From positions 3,360,001 through 3,424,000 of the forward strand of contig OZ242260.1 of NCBI GenBank assembly GCA_965207065.1: 64,000 bases of DNA, given 5' to 3'. Positions 18,464 through 26,892 of this stretch are shown here, piece after piece. The DNA comes from a bacterium. Its GTDB lineage: Bacteria > UBA8248. The notes beneath the pieces were generated by a model. That model searched no databases. It was given only the letters and a program-made list of their open reading frames with translations, and was not told the DNA's origin. A program made the translations under genes and the position numbers. Each line of letters begins with the position of its first letter. Position 1 is the stretch's first letter.

Positions 18464-19369
18464 ATGAACGCGCAAGTTCCCTTTTTCATGGCGGGCGAAG
18501 TCCTCGCTCTCTCATCTTCGTTCATCTACTCGGCGGCGCTCATCTCCTTCCGCCGGGGGCTGAGGAGCGCCTCCCCCATCACCGGGGTGCTCATCACCAA
18601 CGCCGTGGCGAGTATCCTCCTCTTGAGCATCGCCTTTTCCCTGGGCACGCTGCAGACCTCATCGCTCCGGCCCGTCCTGTGGTTCATGCTGGCGGGCTGT
18701 CTGGGGCAGGGGATGGGCCATCTGGCGTCCTACACCGCGATTCAGCGCATCGGCGCGAGCCGGACGAGCCCCGTCCAGGCTTCGGCCCCGATATGGGCGG
18801 TTTTTTTCGCCGCCTTCTTCCTGGGGGAAGAGCCGGGCGTGGCGGTGGTGCTCGGCACGCTCTCCATCGTCGGCGGCGTGGCGCTCATCTCGATGGGCGA
18901 GAGCAAGGACGTCGCCAAGGGCGGCATGGGGCCCGAATTCCGCCGCGCGCTGATGTTTCCCGTCTTCGCCTCGTTCATGTACGCCGCCATGCCGGTCATC
19001 GCGAAAATCGGCTACGCCGAGCAGCGAACGCCCTTCGCGGCGGTGGGCTTCGCCTTTCTGGCGGGTTTCCTCTTCCTGCTGGTGGCCAAGCCGTTCCTGG
19101 GCGCGAGCGGCAGAATCCACGTGGGCCGGCGAGACGTCTCCTGGATACTGTTGGGCTCGGTGTTCTCCGCCACGGCCACGGGGCTTTTGTGGTACACCCT
19201 CACGTTCTCGGACGTCACCGTCGTCCTCCCCCTGAGCCGCACCGCCCCGATATGGGTGGTGCTCCTGAGCCTCATCTTCATGGGCGACATGGAGCGCGTG
19301 AACGCGCGCCTTTTCGGCGCGGCGGGCCTCGTCGTGCTCGGCGGATTCCTGATCACGAGTTTCCGGTGA
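18464..19369 (+). CDS. DMT/EamA family transporter (paralog 3)
   Basis: Same motif set as paralogs 1 and 2 (GCLGQG.G.L, FLGEE, LPLSR..P.WV). Confidence 0.9.
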   Translation: MNAQVPFFMAGEVLALSSSFIYSAALISFRRGLRSASPITGVLITNAVASILLLSIAFSLGTLQTSSLRPVLWFMLAGCLGQGMGHLASYTAIQRIGASRTSPVQASAPIWAVFFAAFFLGEEPGVAVVLGTLSIVGGVALISMGESKDVAKGGMGPEFRRALMFPVFASFMYAAMPVIAKIGYAEQRTPFAAVGFAFLAGFLFLLVAKPFLGASGRIHVGRRDVSWILLGSVFSATATGLLWYTLTFSDVTVVLPLSRTAPIWVVLLSLIFMGDMERVNARLFGAAGLVVLGGFLITSFR

Positions 19370-19427
19370 AAACAATCAGATATTATTGAATAACGTCAAT
19401 AGAAGCAGAGTTTGATTCAGAAATGAT

Positions 19428-19451
19428 GTAGGGGCGGCTCGCGAGCCGCCC
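19428..19451 (+). repeat. Single GTAG-type REP between convergent genes
   Basis: GTAGGGGCGGCTCGCGAGCCGCCC. Confidence 0.75.
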
Positions 19452-19584
19452 TGTTGTTGTTTTTGGTGAAATTTTCTGCAAGAGGAATAGGCATTTCTTA
19501 GTGTCATTTAACTACAGATATTTACAGTCAATACATACAGCAATACTATAGCAGAAATCGCTTGAAATTCCTGACTGGGTTACC

Positions 19585-22344
19585 CTATCCCCGCCGTTTC
19601 CTCGTCTTCCTCACCCGCACGGCGCAGAACTTGAACTCCGGGATTTTCCCGTAGGGGTCTAGGTCGTCTACGGTGAGCAGGTTCGCGGCGGCTTCCACGT
19701 AGTGGAAGGGGATGAACACCTGCCCGGGCCGCACGCGCGAAGAAGACCGGGCGGGGAGGGCGATCTCCCCGCGCCTCGATTCCACGCGAACTTCCGAATC
19801 GTCTTTGATCTTCAGGCGTTTCAGGTCATCGGGCGCCATTTCCACGTAGGGGCCAGGTTCCGCGGCTTCCAGCGCCTGCGCCCTTCTGGTGATGGCCCCC
19901 GTATGCCAGTGGTAGATGTTGCGACCCGTGTTGAGCACGAAGGGGTAGTCCTCGTCCGGCATCTCCTTGGCGGGGGCGTACTGGACGGGGATGAGCTTTC
20001 CTCGGCCTGACGGGAACGATCTCGAGAACAGGATTTCCGTGCCCTGGCGATCGGGCCTGGTGCACGGCCAGACGAGTCCGTGCCCTCCCAGTCGGTCGTA
20101 CGACATGCCCGCCATGAAGGGAGTAAGCGATGCGATTTCCTCGAAAATCTCCGCTTCCGACTCATATTCCATCGGGTATCCGAGGCGTTCCGAGAGTTCG
20201 GCCACGATGCGCCAGTCCTCGCGCGCCTCGCCGGGCGGGTCGACCGCGCGCCTTCCGATCTGCACCCTCCTGTCCGTGTTCGTATAGGTGCCCGTTTTCT
20301 CCGGGAACGCCGTGGAGGGGAGCACCACGTCCGCGAAATAGGCGGTTTCCGTCAAAAATATGTCCTGGACGACGAGGAATTCGAGGTTTGCGAGCGCGCC
20401 CCGCGAATGATTGAGATTGGGATCGCTCATGGCCGGGTTCTCGCCCATGATGTACATTCCCTTTATCTCGCCCCGGTTGGCTGCGTCGGCGATTTCCATC
20501 ACGGTCAGGCCGGGTTCCGGGTCGAGCTTCCGGCCCCATGCCTCCTCGAATTTTTTCCGGATTTTCGGGGAAGATACGTCCTGATAGGCGGAATAGACCA
20601 TGGGGATGAGTCCCACGTCCGATGCGCCCTGCACGTTGTTCTGCCCCCGCAGGGGGTGTAAGCCCGTTCCCTCGCGGCCGATCTGGCCGCAAATCAGGCA
20701 AAGGGCGATGAGCGCGCGGCAGTTGTCCGTCCCGTGGGTGTGCTGGGAGAGTCCCATGCCCCAGAAGATGATGCTGCGCTCGGCCGTCGCATACCCTCTG
20801 GCCAATGCCCGGAGCGTGTCCGGGGCAACGCCTGTAAGTTTGGCGACGTTTTGGGGCGTATAGGGCTTTACGTTCTCAGCGAGTTCTTTGAACCCCTCGG
20901 TGCGCGCGGCTACGAAATCGGCGTTATAGAGTTTCTCTTCGATCACCACGTTCAGAAGCCCGTTGAACAGCGCCACGTCCGTACCGGGGCGGAACTGCAC
21001 GAAGGTGTCCGCATGGTCGACGAGGTCGATTCGCCTCGGGTCGATGACGGCGAGCGTGGCGCCCTCTTGCGAGGCCTGCTTGATGAAGGTGGCGGCTACG
21101 GGGTGGTTTTCGGTGGCGTTGGCGCCTGCGACTAAGATGAAATCCGCCTTGAGCGCGTCCGAGAAGGGGTTGCTTACGGCGCTCGACCCGATGGTCTGGA
21201 ACAAAGCGGCCACAGAGCTTGCGTGGCAAAGCCGCGTGCAGTGGTCCACGTTGTTCGTGCCGAATACGGCGCGGATGAGTTTCTGGAAGAGATAGTTGTC
21301 CTCGTTCGAGCATTTCGCCGAACCGAAGCCGGCCATGCTCGATGGGCCGTGGTCCTCATGGATTTTCTTGAGTGAACTTGCGGCGAGTTCCATGGCTTCA
21401 TCCCAACTCGCCTCGCGGAAGAGGGAGAGCGGGTTTCCCGGAAGTTCCTTCGTCTTTGGCGCGCCTTCCTTGCGGATGAGGGGGGTCGTGAGCCGGTCGG
21501 GGTGATGGGCGTAGTCGAACCCGTAGCGCCCCTTGACGCAGAGCCTTCCCCGGTTCACGGGACTGGTTTCATCCCCTCGGACGCTCAGGAGTGTGTTGCC
21601 CGCCACCTGGTAGGAGATGGAGCAGCCCACGCCGCAGTAGGGGCAGACGGAATCGACCTCTTTTACCTTGCCGGGGGCGATTTGCAGCGTGAGGGATTTG
21701 TCCGTGAGCGCGTCCGTGGGACAGGCGGCCATGCATTCCCCGCAGGAGACGCAGGTGGATTCTCCCATGGGCATATCGGTGTCGAACACGATTTTTGCGC
21801 TCGCGCCCTTGCCGCCGCGTCCGATGACGTTGTTGCCCTGGACGTCCGTGCAGGCGCGTATGCAGCGGTCGCACAGGATGCACGCGCTGTGATCCACGGC
21901 GATGACGGCGGATGAGAAATCCTGCGCTCGCCCCGTCTCCTTGGGGGGCAGGGCGCTTACGCCGTTTCGGGCTTTCATCTGCTCGGCGAGCGCGGTGAGT
22001 TCGCAGTTCTCAGGCTCGGACTGAACGCCGTGGTCGGCCATCAGCATGGCCACCAGCGTTTTCTGGGCGCGCAAGACGCGCTCGCTTCCCGTTTGGATCA
22101 CCATGCCGGGCTCAATCTTCCGGTGGCAGGAGGGAACCAGCGTTCGCGCGCCCTCGACCTCCACGGCGCACACGCGGCACACGCCCACGGGCTCCATGCC
22201 GGGTTGGTGGCAGAGCCTGGGGATCTCGACGCCCGTCGACTGCGCCACCTCCCAGATGGTCGCGTCTTCTCGGGCCTTGATTTCCCGGCCGTCGATGGTG
22301 ATGGAGATCATCTTGGCGTCGGACATTTCTCGTTTCGCCGTCAT
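19585..22344 (-). CDS. fdhF: Formate dehydrogenase alpha subunit (Cys-type) with N-terminal 2Fe-2S and 4Fe-4S domains
   Basis: CRVCAVE, CILCDRCIRAC, CVSCGECMAACPT, CPYCGVGC, LCVKGR, NNVDHCTRLCH, PLRGQNNVQG, KIPEFK. Confidence 0.95.
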   Translation of the reverse strand: MTAKREMSDAKMISITIDGREIKAREDATIWEVAQSTGVEIPRLCHQPGMEPVGVCRVCAVEVEGARTLVPSCHRKIEPGMVIQTGSERVLRAQKTLVAMLMADHGVQSEPENCELTALAEQMKARNGVSALPPKETGRAQDFSSAVIAVDHSACILCDRCIRACTDVQGNNVIGRGGKGASAKIVFDTDMPMGESTCVSCGECMAACPTDALTDKSLTLQIAPGKVKEVDSVCPYCGVGCSISYQVAGNTLLSVRGDETSPVNRGRLCVKGRYGFDYAHHPDRLTTPLIRKEGAPKTKELPGNPLSLFREASWDEAMELAASSLKKIHEDHGPSSMAGFGSAKCSNEDNYLFQKLIRAVFGTNNVDHCTRLCHASSVAALFQTIGSSAVSNPFSDALKADFILVAGANATENHPVAATFIKQASQEGATLAVIDPRRIDLVDHADTFVQFRPGTDVALFNGLLNVVIEEKLYNADFVAARTEGFKELAENVKPYTPQNVAKLTGVAPDTLRALARGYATAERSIIFWGMGLSQHTHGTDNCRALIALCLICGQIGREGTGLHPLRGQNNVQGASDVGLIPMVYSAYQDVSSPKIRKKFEEAWGRKLDPEPGLTVMEIADAANRGEIKGMYIMGENPAMSDPNLNHSRGALANLEFLVVQDIFLTETAYFADVVLPSTAFPEKTGTYTNTDRRVQIGRRAVDPPGEAREDWRIVAELSERLGYPMEYESEAEIFEEIASLTPFMAGMSYDRLGGHGLVWPCTRPDRQGTEILFSRSFPSGRGKLIPVQYAPAKEMPDEDYPFVLNTGRNIYHWHTGAITRRAQALEAAEPGPYVEMAPDDLKRLKIKDDSEVRVESRRGEIALPARSSSRVRPGQVFIPFHYVEAAANLLTVDDLDPYGKIPEFKFCAVRVRKTRKRRG

Positions 22345-23990
22345 TTGAGCCTCGATTCAATGTCCGGTTCGAAGTATTCGAAAAGCGAGAGATAGGGGAT
22401 CGGCGCGGCCTGGCCCAGGCCGCATATAGATGTGTCCTTCATCGTCTCGCATATCTCGCGCATGGCGGTCAGTTCCGACGCCCGTCCCTCTCCGCGCAAC
22501 ACCCGCTCCAGAAAAGCGGTGAGTTTTTCCGTTCCCAGGCGGCAGGGCACGCACTTGCCGCAGGATTCGTCCCTGAAAAAGCGCACTACGTTGTGGGCGA
22601 GCGCCACCATGTCCACCCCCTCGGGGATGACGACGAGCGCACCGCTTCCCAGCATGCTGCCCGCCTCCTGAAGGGGCGTGAAATCATAGGGAACATCAAC
22701 GAGGTTCGCGGGCAGAAACCCGCTGCTGGCGCCGCCCGGGGAAAACGCCTTCAGGTGCGCTCCAGCATGCAGCCCGCCCGCCGGTCCCTCGATGATCTCC
22801 CGGATGGGCGTCCCGAACTCCACCTCGTAGATCCCCGGTTTTCGCACCGCGCCGCTAACGCCCACCACCTTGAAGCCTTTTGTTCCGTTTCGCCCGAATG
22901 AGGTGAACCACGCGGCTCCTTTTTTGAGCACCGCCGGGATGAGCGCGAAGGTCTCGACGTTGTTGATGAGTGTGGGCTTGCCGAAAAGACCCGCCGTGCC
23001 GGGGAAGGGGGGTTTGTCGCGGGGTTGGGCGCGCTTGTCTTCCAGCACTTCCAGGAGCGCGGTCTCCTCGCCGCAGATGTAGCCGCCGGGGCTGGTGAAT
23101 ATCTCGAGCCTTGGGCTTTTCTTCGTTCCGATGAGGCGGGCCTTGCGAGCGCGCTCGATGGCCTGTTCCAGCTTTCTCGCCTGTGCGCCGTATTCGTGGC
23201 GGATGTAGATAATAGCGCGCTCAGCCCCCACGGCCCGGCAGGCGATGAGAATCCCCTCGACCACGAGTTCGGGGTGCGAGTCCATGATGGCGCGGTCCTT
23301 GAACGTGCCCGGCTCGCTCTCGTCGGCGTTGCAGATGACGAATTTTTCCGTCCCCGGCGCACCCAGGACGAAACTCCACTTGAGGCCGACCGGAAAACCC
23401 GCCCCGCCCATGCCGCGCAGGCCGCTCTCCTTCAAGACGTCGATGACGCTTTCTGGCTTTTCGCTCTTCATCAAAGCCCGCAGGACGCCGTAGGCTTCGT
23501 TTTTCCGGTAGGGATTGATGCGCGTTGCGTTTTTGAGTTTCTGCGATCTCGAAGCGGGGCTGGGCGCTCCATTTTTCCAGGAGGCGAGAACGTCTTGAAA
23601 CTTCTCATGCGTGAGAGCTGAGTAGATGCGGCCCTCAATCTCGGCGGCGGGTCCCTTGTCGCACCGGCCCAGGCACGCGCAGCTCTCGGGCTGCAGGTTT
23701 CTGACACCGGCGCGTCGGGCGAGGGTTTTCGCGTTGTCGAGCAGCGAATCGCCGCCTGCGAGCAGGCAGCTCATGTCCCGGCAGATATGGACTTTCGGTT
23801 TCGCGGGTTTTTCCAGATGGAAGTGCGGGAAAAAACTGGCGATGCCATATGAATCGTAGATGGGCACGCCCAGGTCTTTCGAAATCTCGGTGATCGCTTC
23901 TTTTGAGAGGTAGCCTTCTTCTTTTTGGCGGGAGAGCAGGGCCTCGATTTTGGCGGGAGACTTGTAGGCCGTGGAAGCGTTTTCTGTCAT
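22341..23990 (-). CDS. NuoE-NuoF-like fusion, NAD-binding diaphorase subunit of formate dehydrogenase
   Basis: N-terminal CRDMSC...CLGRC; GLRGMGGAGFPVG.KW, CNADESEPGTFKDR, YICGEETALL, ESCGKCVPCRLG, SICGLG; ATGA overlap with the alpha subunit. Confidence 0.93.
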   Translation of the reverse strand: MTENASTAYKSPAKIEALLSRQKEEGYLSKEAITEISKDLGVPIYDSYGIASFFPHFHLEKPAKPKVHICRDMSCLLAGGDSLLDNAKTLARRAGVRNLQPESCACLGRCDKGPAAEIEGRIYSALTHEKFQDVLASWKNGAPSPASRSQKLKNATRINPYRKNEAYGVLRALMKSEKPESVIDVLKESGLRGMGGAGFPVGLKWSFVLGAPGTEKFVICNADESEPGTFKDRAIMDSHPELVVEGILIACRAVGAERAIIYIRHEYGAQARKLEQAIERARKARLIGTKKSPRLEIFTSPGGYICGEETALLEVLEDKRAQPRDKPPFPGTAGLFGKPTLINNVETFALIPAVLKKGAAWFTSFGRNGTKGFKVVGVSGAVRKPGIYEVEFGTPIREIIEGPAGGLHAGAHLKAFSPGGASSGFLPANLVDVPYDFTPLQEAGSMLGSGALVVIPEGVDMVALAHNVVRFFRDESCGKCVPCRLGTEKLTAFLERVLRGEGRASELTAMREICETMKDTSICGLGQAAPIPYLSLFEYFEPDIESRLK

Positions 23991-24139
23991 GGCAATCTCC
24001 CCGTGAGCCGCGATGCCTCGTAAATCATTCTAAGTGTTCGCGCCGCGCGGTGTCCAGCAATGCTTTGGGGCGATGCGCCGCCTGCTCAGGGCGCCAAAAA
24101 ACAACCTTCCCATCCCTCCTTGCCGTGAACCCCCTTGTC

Positions 24140-24406
24140 GGGGTGTTGTTGAAAAAGCCCAGATTTTGTGTTTCGGCGTACGGAGCCGACCGTCTAGGGT
24201 ATAATTACCCACCCATGTTTTGAGACGTAGGGGCGGCCCCCCGTGGCCGCCCGTATCGAATATGTCTATCCCCGTTGTTGCGCTTCGCATGGACAGGCAC
24301 GGGGGCCTGTCCCTACAAACCCTCTTCTTGCAGTGGCCCTCAATACGGGGTTTTTCAACAACCCACAGGAGGGGGAACAACCCCATAAGGATTTTTCAGC
24401 AGCCCC
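24140..24406. mobile_element. MITE-like TIR shell enclosing a GTAG REP doublet, plus a second right TIR
   Basis: GGGGTGTTGTTGAAAAAGCCC (24140) ... GGGTTTTTCAACAACCC (24348-24364); REPs at 24227-24252 and 24291-24316; CCATAAGGATTTTTCAGCAGCCCC (24383-24406) is an inverted near-copy of the end at 9369. Confidence 0.75.
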
Positions 24407-24500
24407 ATTTTGAGCCGGTGGCTTGTGAGCCATGAGGCTAGTCGAGTAAATTGCAAGCTATTGCACGGGAGTATCCGATAACCAGGATGAGGAATCCGCC

Positions 24501-25040
24501 TTGACCGTCTTGATTCGCTCGTTACATTTCGCTCTTCTCGTATCGTGGCTGGCGCTTACGCTGGGCGTCTGGTGGGCTGCGACGAATTCCTTCGATACGT
24601 TCGACGCGCAGAAGAATCCGGTGGCGTCGAAGCTGTTCGAACCCGCCTCGACGACGAAGCTCAAGGGCCGCATGGCCGCGCGAGAGGTGAACGCCCGCAT
24701 ATTCGAGGCCTGGAACCGCTTGCAAATCGTTTTCTGTCTCTTGTTGTTTTATTTCATCTGGCGGGCAGGGCGGATGAGCGTTGCGTCGCTCGTGCTGGCC
24801 GGGTGTCTGCTTCTCATCGTGGGAGCGCACGTCTTTTGGTTCTCTCCGAAAATAGAAGCGCTCGGGAGAATTCTCACGAGTGCGGAGGCTTCGGCAGGCG
24901 CGCCCACCGTGCAGAGCGAATTCGGGCGCTACCACGGCGCCTATGTCATCTCGGACGTGCTCAAGGCGTGCCTCCTGGCCGCGGCGATATGGATTTCCCC
25001 CTGGCGCAGGACCGCTCGAAGCGAGCCGTCGCGTGGGTGA
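24501..25040 (+). CDS. Membrane protein, DUF4149/TMEM205-like
   Basis: Four hydrophobic segments; P.I..L...F..YHG.Y pattern; GAGGA RBS before TTG. Confidence 0.6.
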   Translation: MTVLIRSLHFALLVSWLALTLGVWWAATNSFDTFDAQKNPVASKLFEPASTTKLKGRMAAREVNARIFEAWNRLQIVFCLLLFYFIWRAGRMSVASLVLAGCLLLIVGAHVFWFSPKIEALGRILTSAEASAGAPTVQSEFGRYHGAYVISDVLKACLLAAAIWISPWRRTARSEPSRG

Positions 25041-25235
25041 AAAAGCCGCCACATCTGTTTTTTACCCTATAGCGGCGCGCGACTATCCACAGGGTGGACA
25101 AATGCGCTAGAATTTCCCATTCGCGCCGCCGCGCTGTCGCTTTCGTTGAGTAGCGATTTCGTTTTGGGGGACGACATATTGAACCCCGCCTATGAGAAGT
25201 GTCGCTCATTTCCGCGCCGGGAAGCCCGTTCTCCG

Positions 25236-26060
25236 GTGAGGAAAATTATCTCGCTGAATCTGTTCGTCTTCTTGGCGGTCATCTTTTCGTCAACGCTCGC
25301 GTGGGCGGTGGACGGCATCTGCAAGCCCGGAATCGTCCAGCGCGACGGACGCTTCATCCCCGTTTCGATGAGGGGGGGGTGGGAGAGCGTTCGGCAGGCG
25401 CGTGAGGTTCGGCTTAAATTTCTTGGACATTCGAGCTTTCTGATCGAAGCCCCGGGCGGCGGGCGGGCTGTGATGGACCCCTACGTCATACCTGTTCTGG
25501 ACCCGCCGCCGGATGCCGTCACCGTGAGCAATTTCCACGAAACCCACTCCATGACGGGGCCTTATGTCGGCAAATCGGAGATTTTCTTCAGCGTGACGCG
25601 GGAGGGAAAACCCAACGCCATCGACGAGAAATTCGGGAACCTGCGAATCGCCTCTTTTCCCCAGGTGGACGGGGACGAGAACCATCCCTTCGTGCTCAAC
25701 ACCATTCATGTCTTTCAGGCGGGCGGGATTTGCGTCGCGCATTTCGGGAACGCGCGCTTCGGGCCATCGCCCGGACAGATCCGCGCGCTGGGGAAAATCC
25801 ATGTGCTCCTGCTTCCGATCGATGGCTCTTTCACCGTGCCTCACGAAGTGGCGGCCAAGATCGTCAAGCGCATCGGTCCCAACATCGTGATACCGATGCA
25901 CTATTTCGGTCCCGAATTGACCGGGGAGTTCGAAAGGGCCCTGAAGGCGGAGGGAATCACGAGAGTCCTTCGCCCGAAGGGAACCGAGCTCGTGCTCACG
26001 CGAAAAAGACTGCCGCCGCCCACGACCTACGTGGTGTTGCCCGATGTCAATGTCCCATAA
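25236..26060 (+). CDS. Exported MBL-fold metallo-hydrolase-like protein with degenerate metal motif (start uncertain)
   Basis: Signal-peptide-like start, FLGHSSFLIE...MDPY, TVSNFHETH, AHFGN, LLPIDG, VIPMHY. Confidence 0.75.
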   Translation: MRKIISLNLFVFLAVIFSSTLAWAVDGICKPGIVQRDGRFIPVSMRGGWESVRQAREVRLKFLGHSSFLIEAPGGGRAVMDPYVIPVLDPPPDAVTVSNFHETHSMTGPYVGKSEIFFSVTREGKPNAIDEKFGNLRIASFPQVDGDENHPFVLNTIHVFQAGGICVAHFGNARFGPSPGQIRALGKIHVLLLPIDGSFTVPHEVAAKIVKRIGPNIVIPMHYFGPELTGEFERALKAEGITRVLRPKGTELVLTRKRLPPPTTYVVLPDVNVP

Positions 26061-26892
26061 ATCATTCTTGAGCCGCCGCGCGTTCATCGCGCGCACGGTA
26101 GTGGCTGCGGCCGCGCTGCTCGGCCTCCCCGGCGGAGTGAGAGCGCAATCCCCTTCACCCCTGAGCGAGTGGCAAAAGAATCTTTTCCCGCGCTCCTCCG
26201 AGGAGGAGAAGACGTTACTTCCCGATTTCACACCCGCGCAATTGCGCTACTCCGGTGGACGCTGGCGGGAATATTCCACGGCGATGGCTTCATTTCTCGA
26301 TGAGGTGAGGAAGCGCACGAGCATCGAAACCGCAGGGGATGCGCAGGCGGTGGACATCTCCTCGCCCGAGATTTTCGAATATCCTTTCCTGTATATGTCG
26401 GGGCGCTACGAGTTCGAGATGCCCGGCGCGAAAGCGATAGAAAATCTGAGGCGCCACCTCACCTACGGGGGGTTTTTGCTCATCGACGACGGGCTCGGGC
26501 TCGAAGGAGAAGCCTTCGGCGGCGCCGTCAAAGAACTCATGCGCCTGGTCTTTCCGAGAACTTCCTTCGAAGCGCTCCAGCGCGAGCACGCCGTATTCAA
26601 GAGTTACTATCTGATTCGCTCCATCGGCGGGCGACAGGCTGTCAGCCAGGACCTGCAGGGAATCCACGTGGGCATGTTCACCCCCGTCATCTTCTGCCGG
26701 AACGACCTGGGCGGCGCGTGGGCGAGGGGTCCCGGCGGCGGATGGCTCGAAGAATGCACGCCCGGCGGGGAAACGCAGCGACTTGCGGCTTTTCAACTTG
26801 CAGTCAACATCTCCCTCTACGCGATGACGGGCAACTACAAGCAAGACCTCATCCACCATCCCTTCATCCAGCGCAGGCTGAACCAGGGCTGA
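26050..26892 (+). CDS. DUF4159 domain protein with twin-arginine signal
   Basis: SRRAFI Tat motif; YPFLYMSG, LRRHL..GGFLLIDD, H.VFKSYY, NDLGGAW, NI.LYAMTGNYKQD. Confidence 0.85.
   Translation: MSHKSFLSRRAFIARTVVAAAALLGLPGGVRAQSPSPLSEWQKNLFPRSSEEEKTLLPDFTPAQLRYSGGRWREYSTAMASFLDEVRKRTSIETAGDAQAVDISSPEIFEYPFLYMSGRYEFEMPGAKAIENLRRHLTYGGFLLIDDGLGLEGEAFGGAVKELMRLVFPRTSFEALQREHAVFKSYYLIRSIGGRQAVSQDLQGIHVGMFTPVIFCRNDLGGAWARGPGGGWLEECTPGGETQRLAAFQLAVNISLYAMTGNYKQDLIHHPFIQRRLNQG

Noticed and set aside
25083-25091. CTATCCACA as a DnaA box or origin
   Set aside because: Single mismatched box with no cluster, unwinding element or dnaA context.
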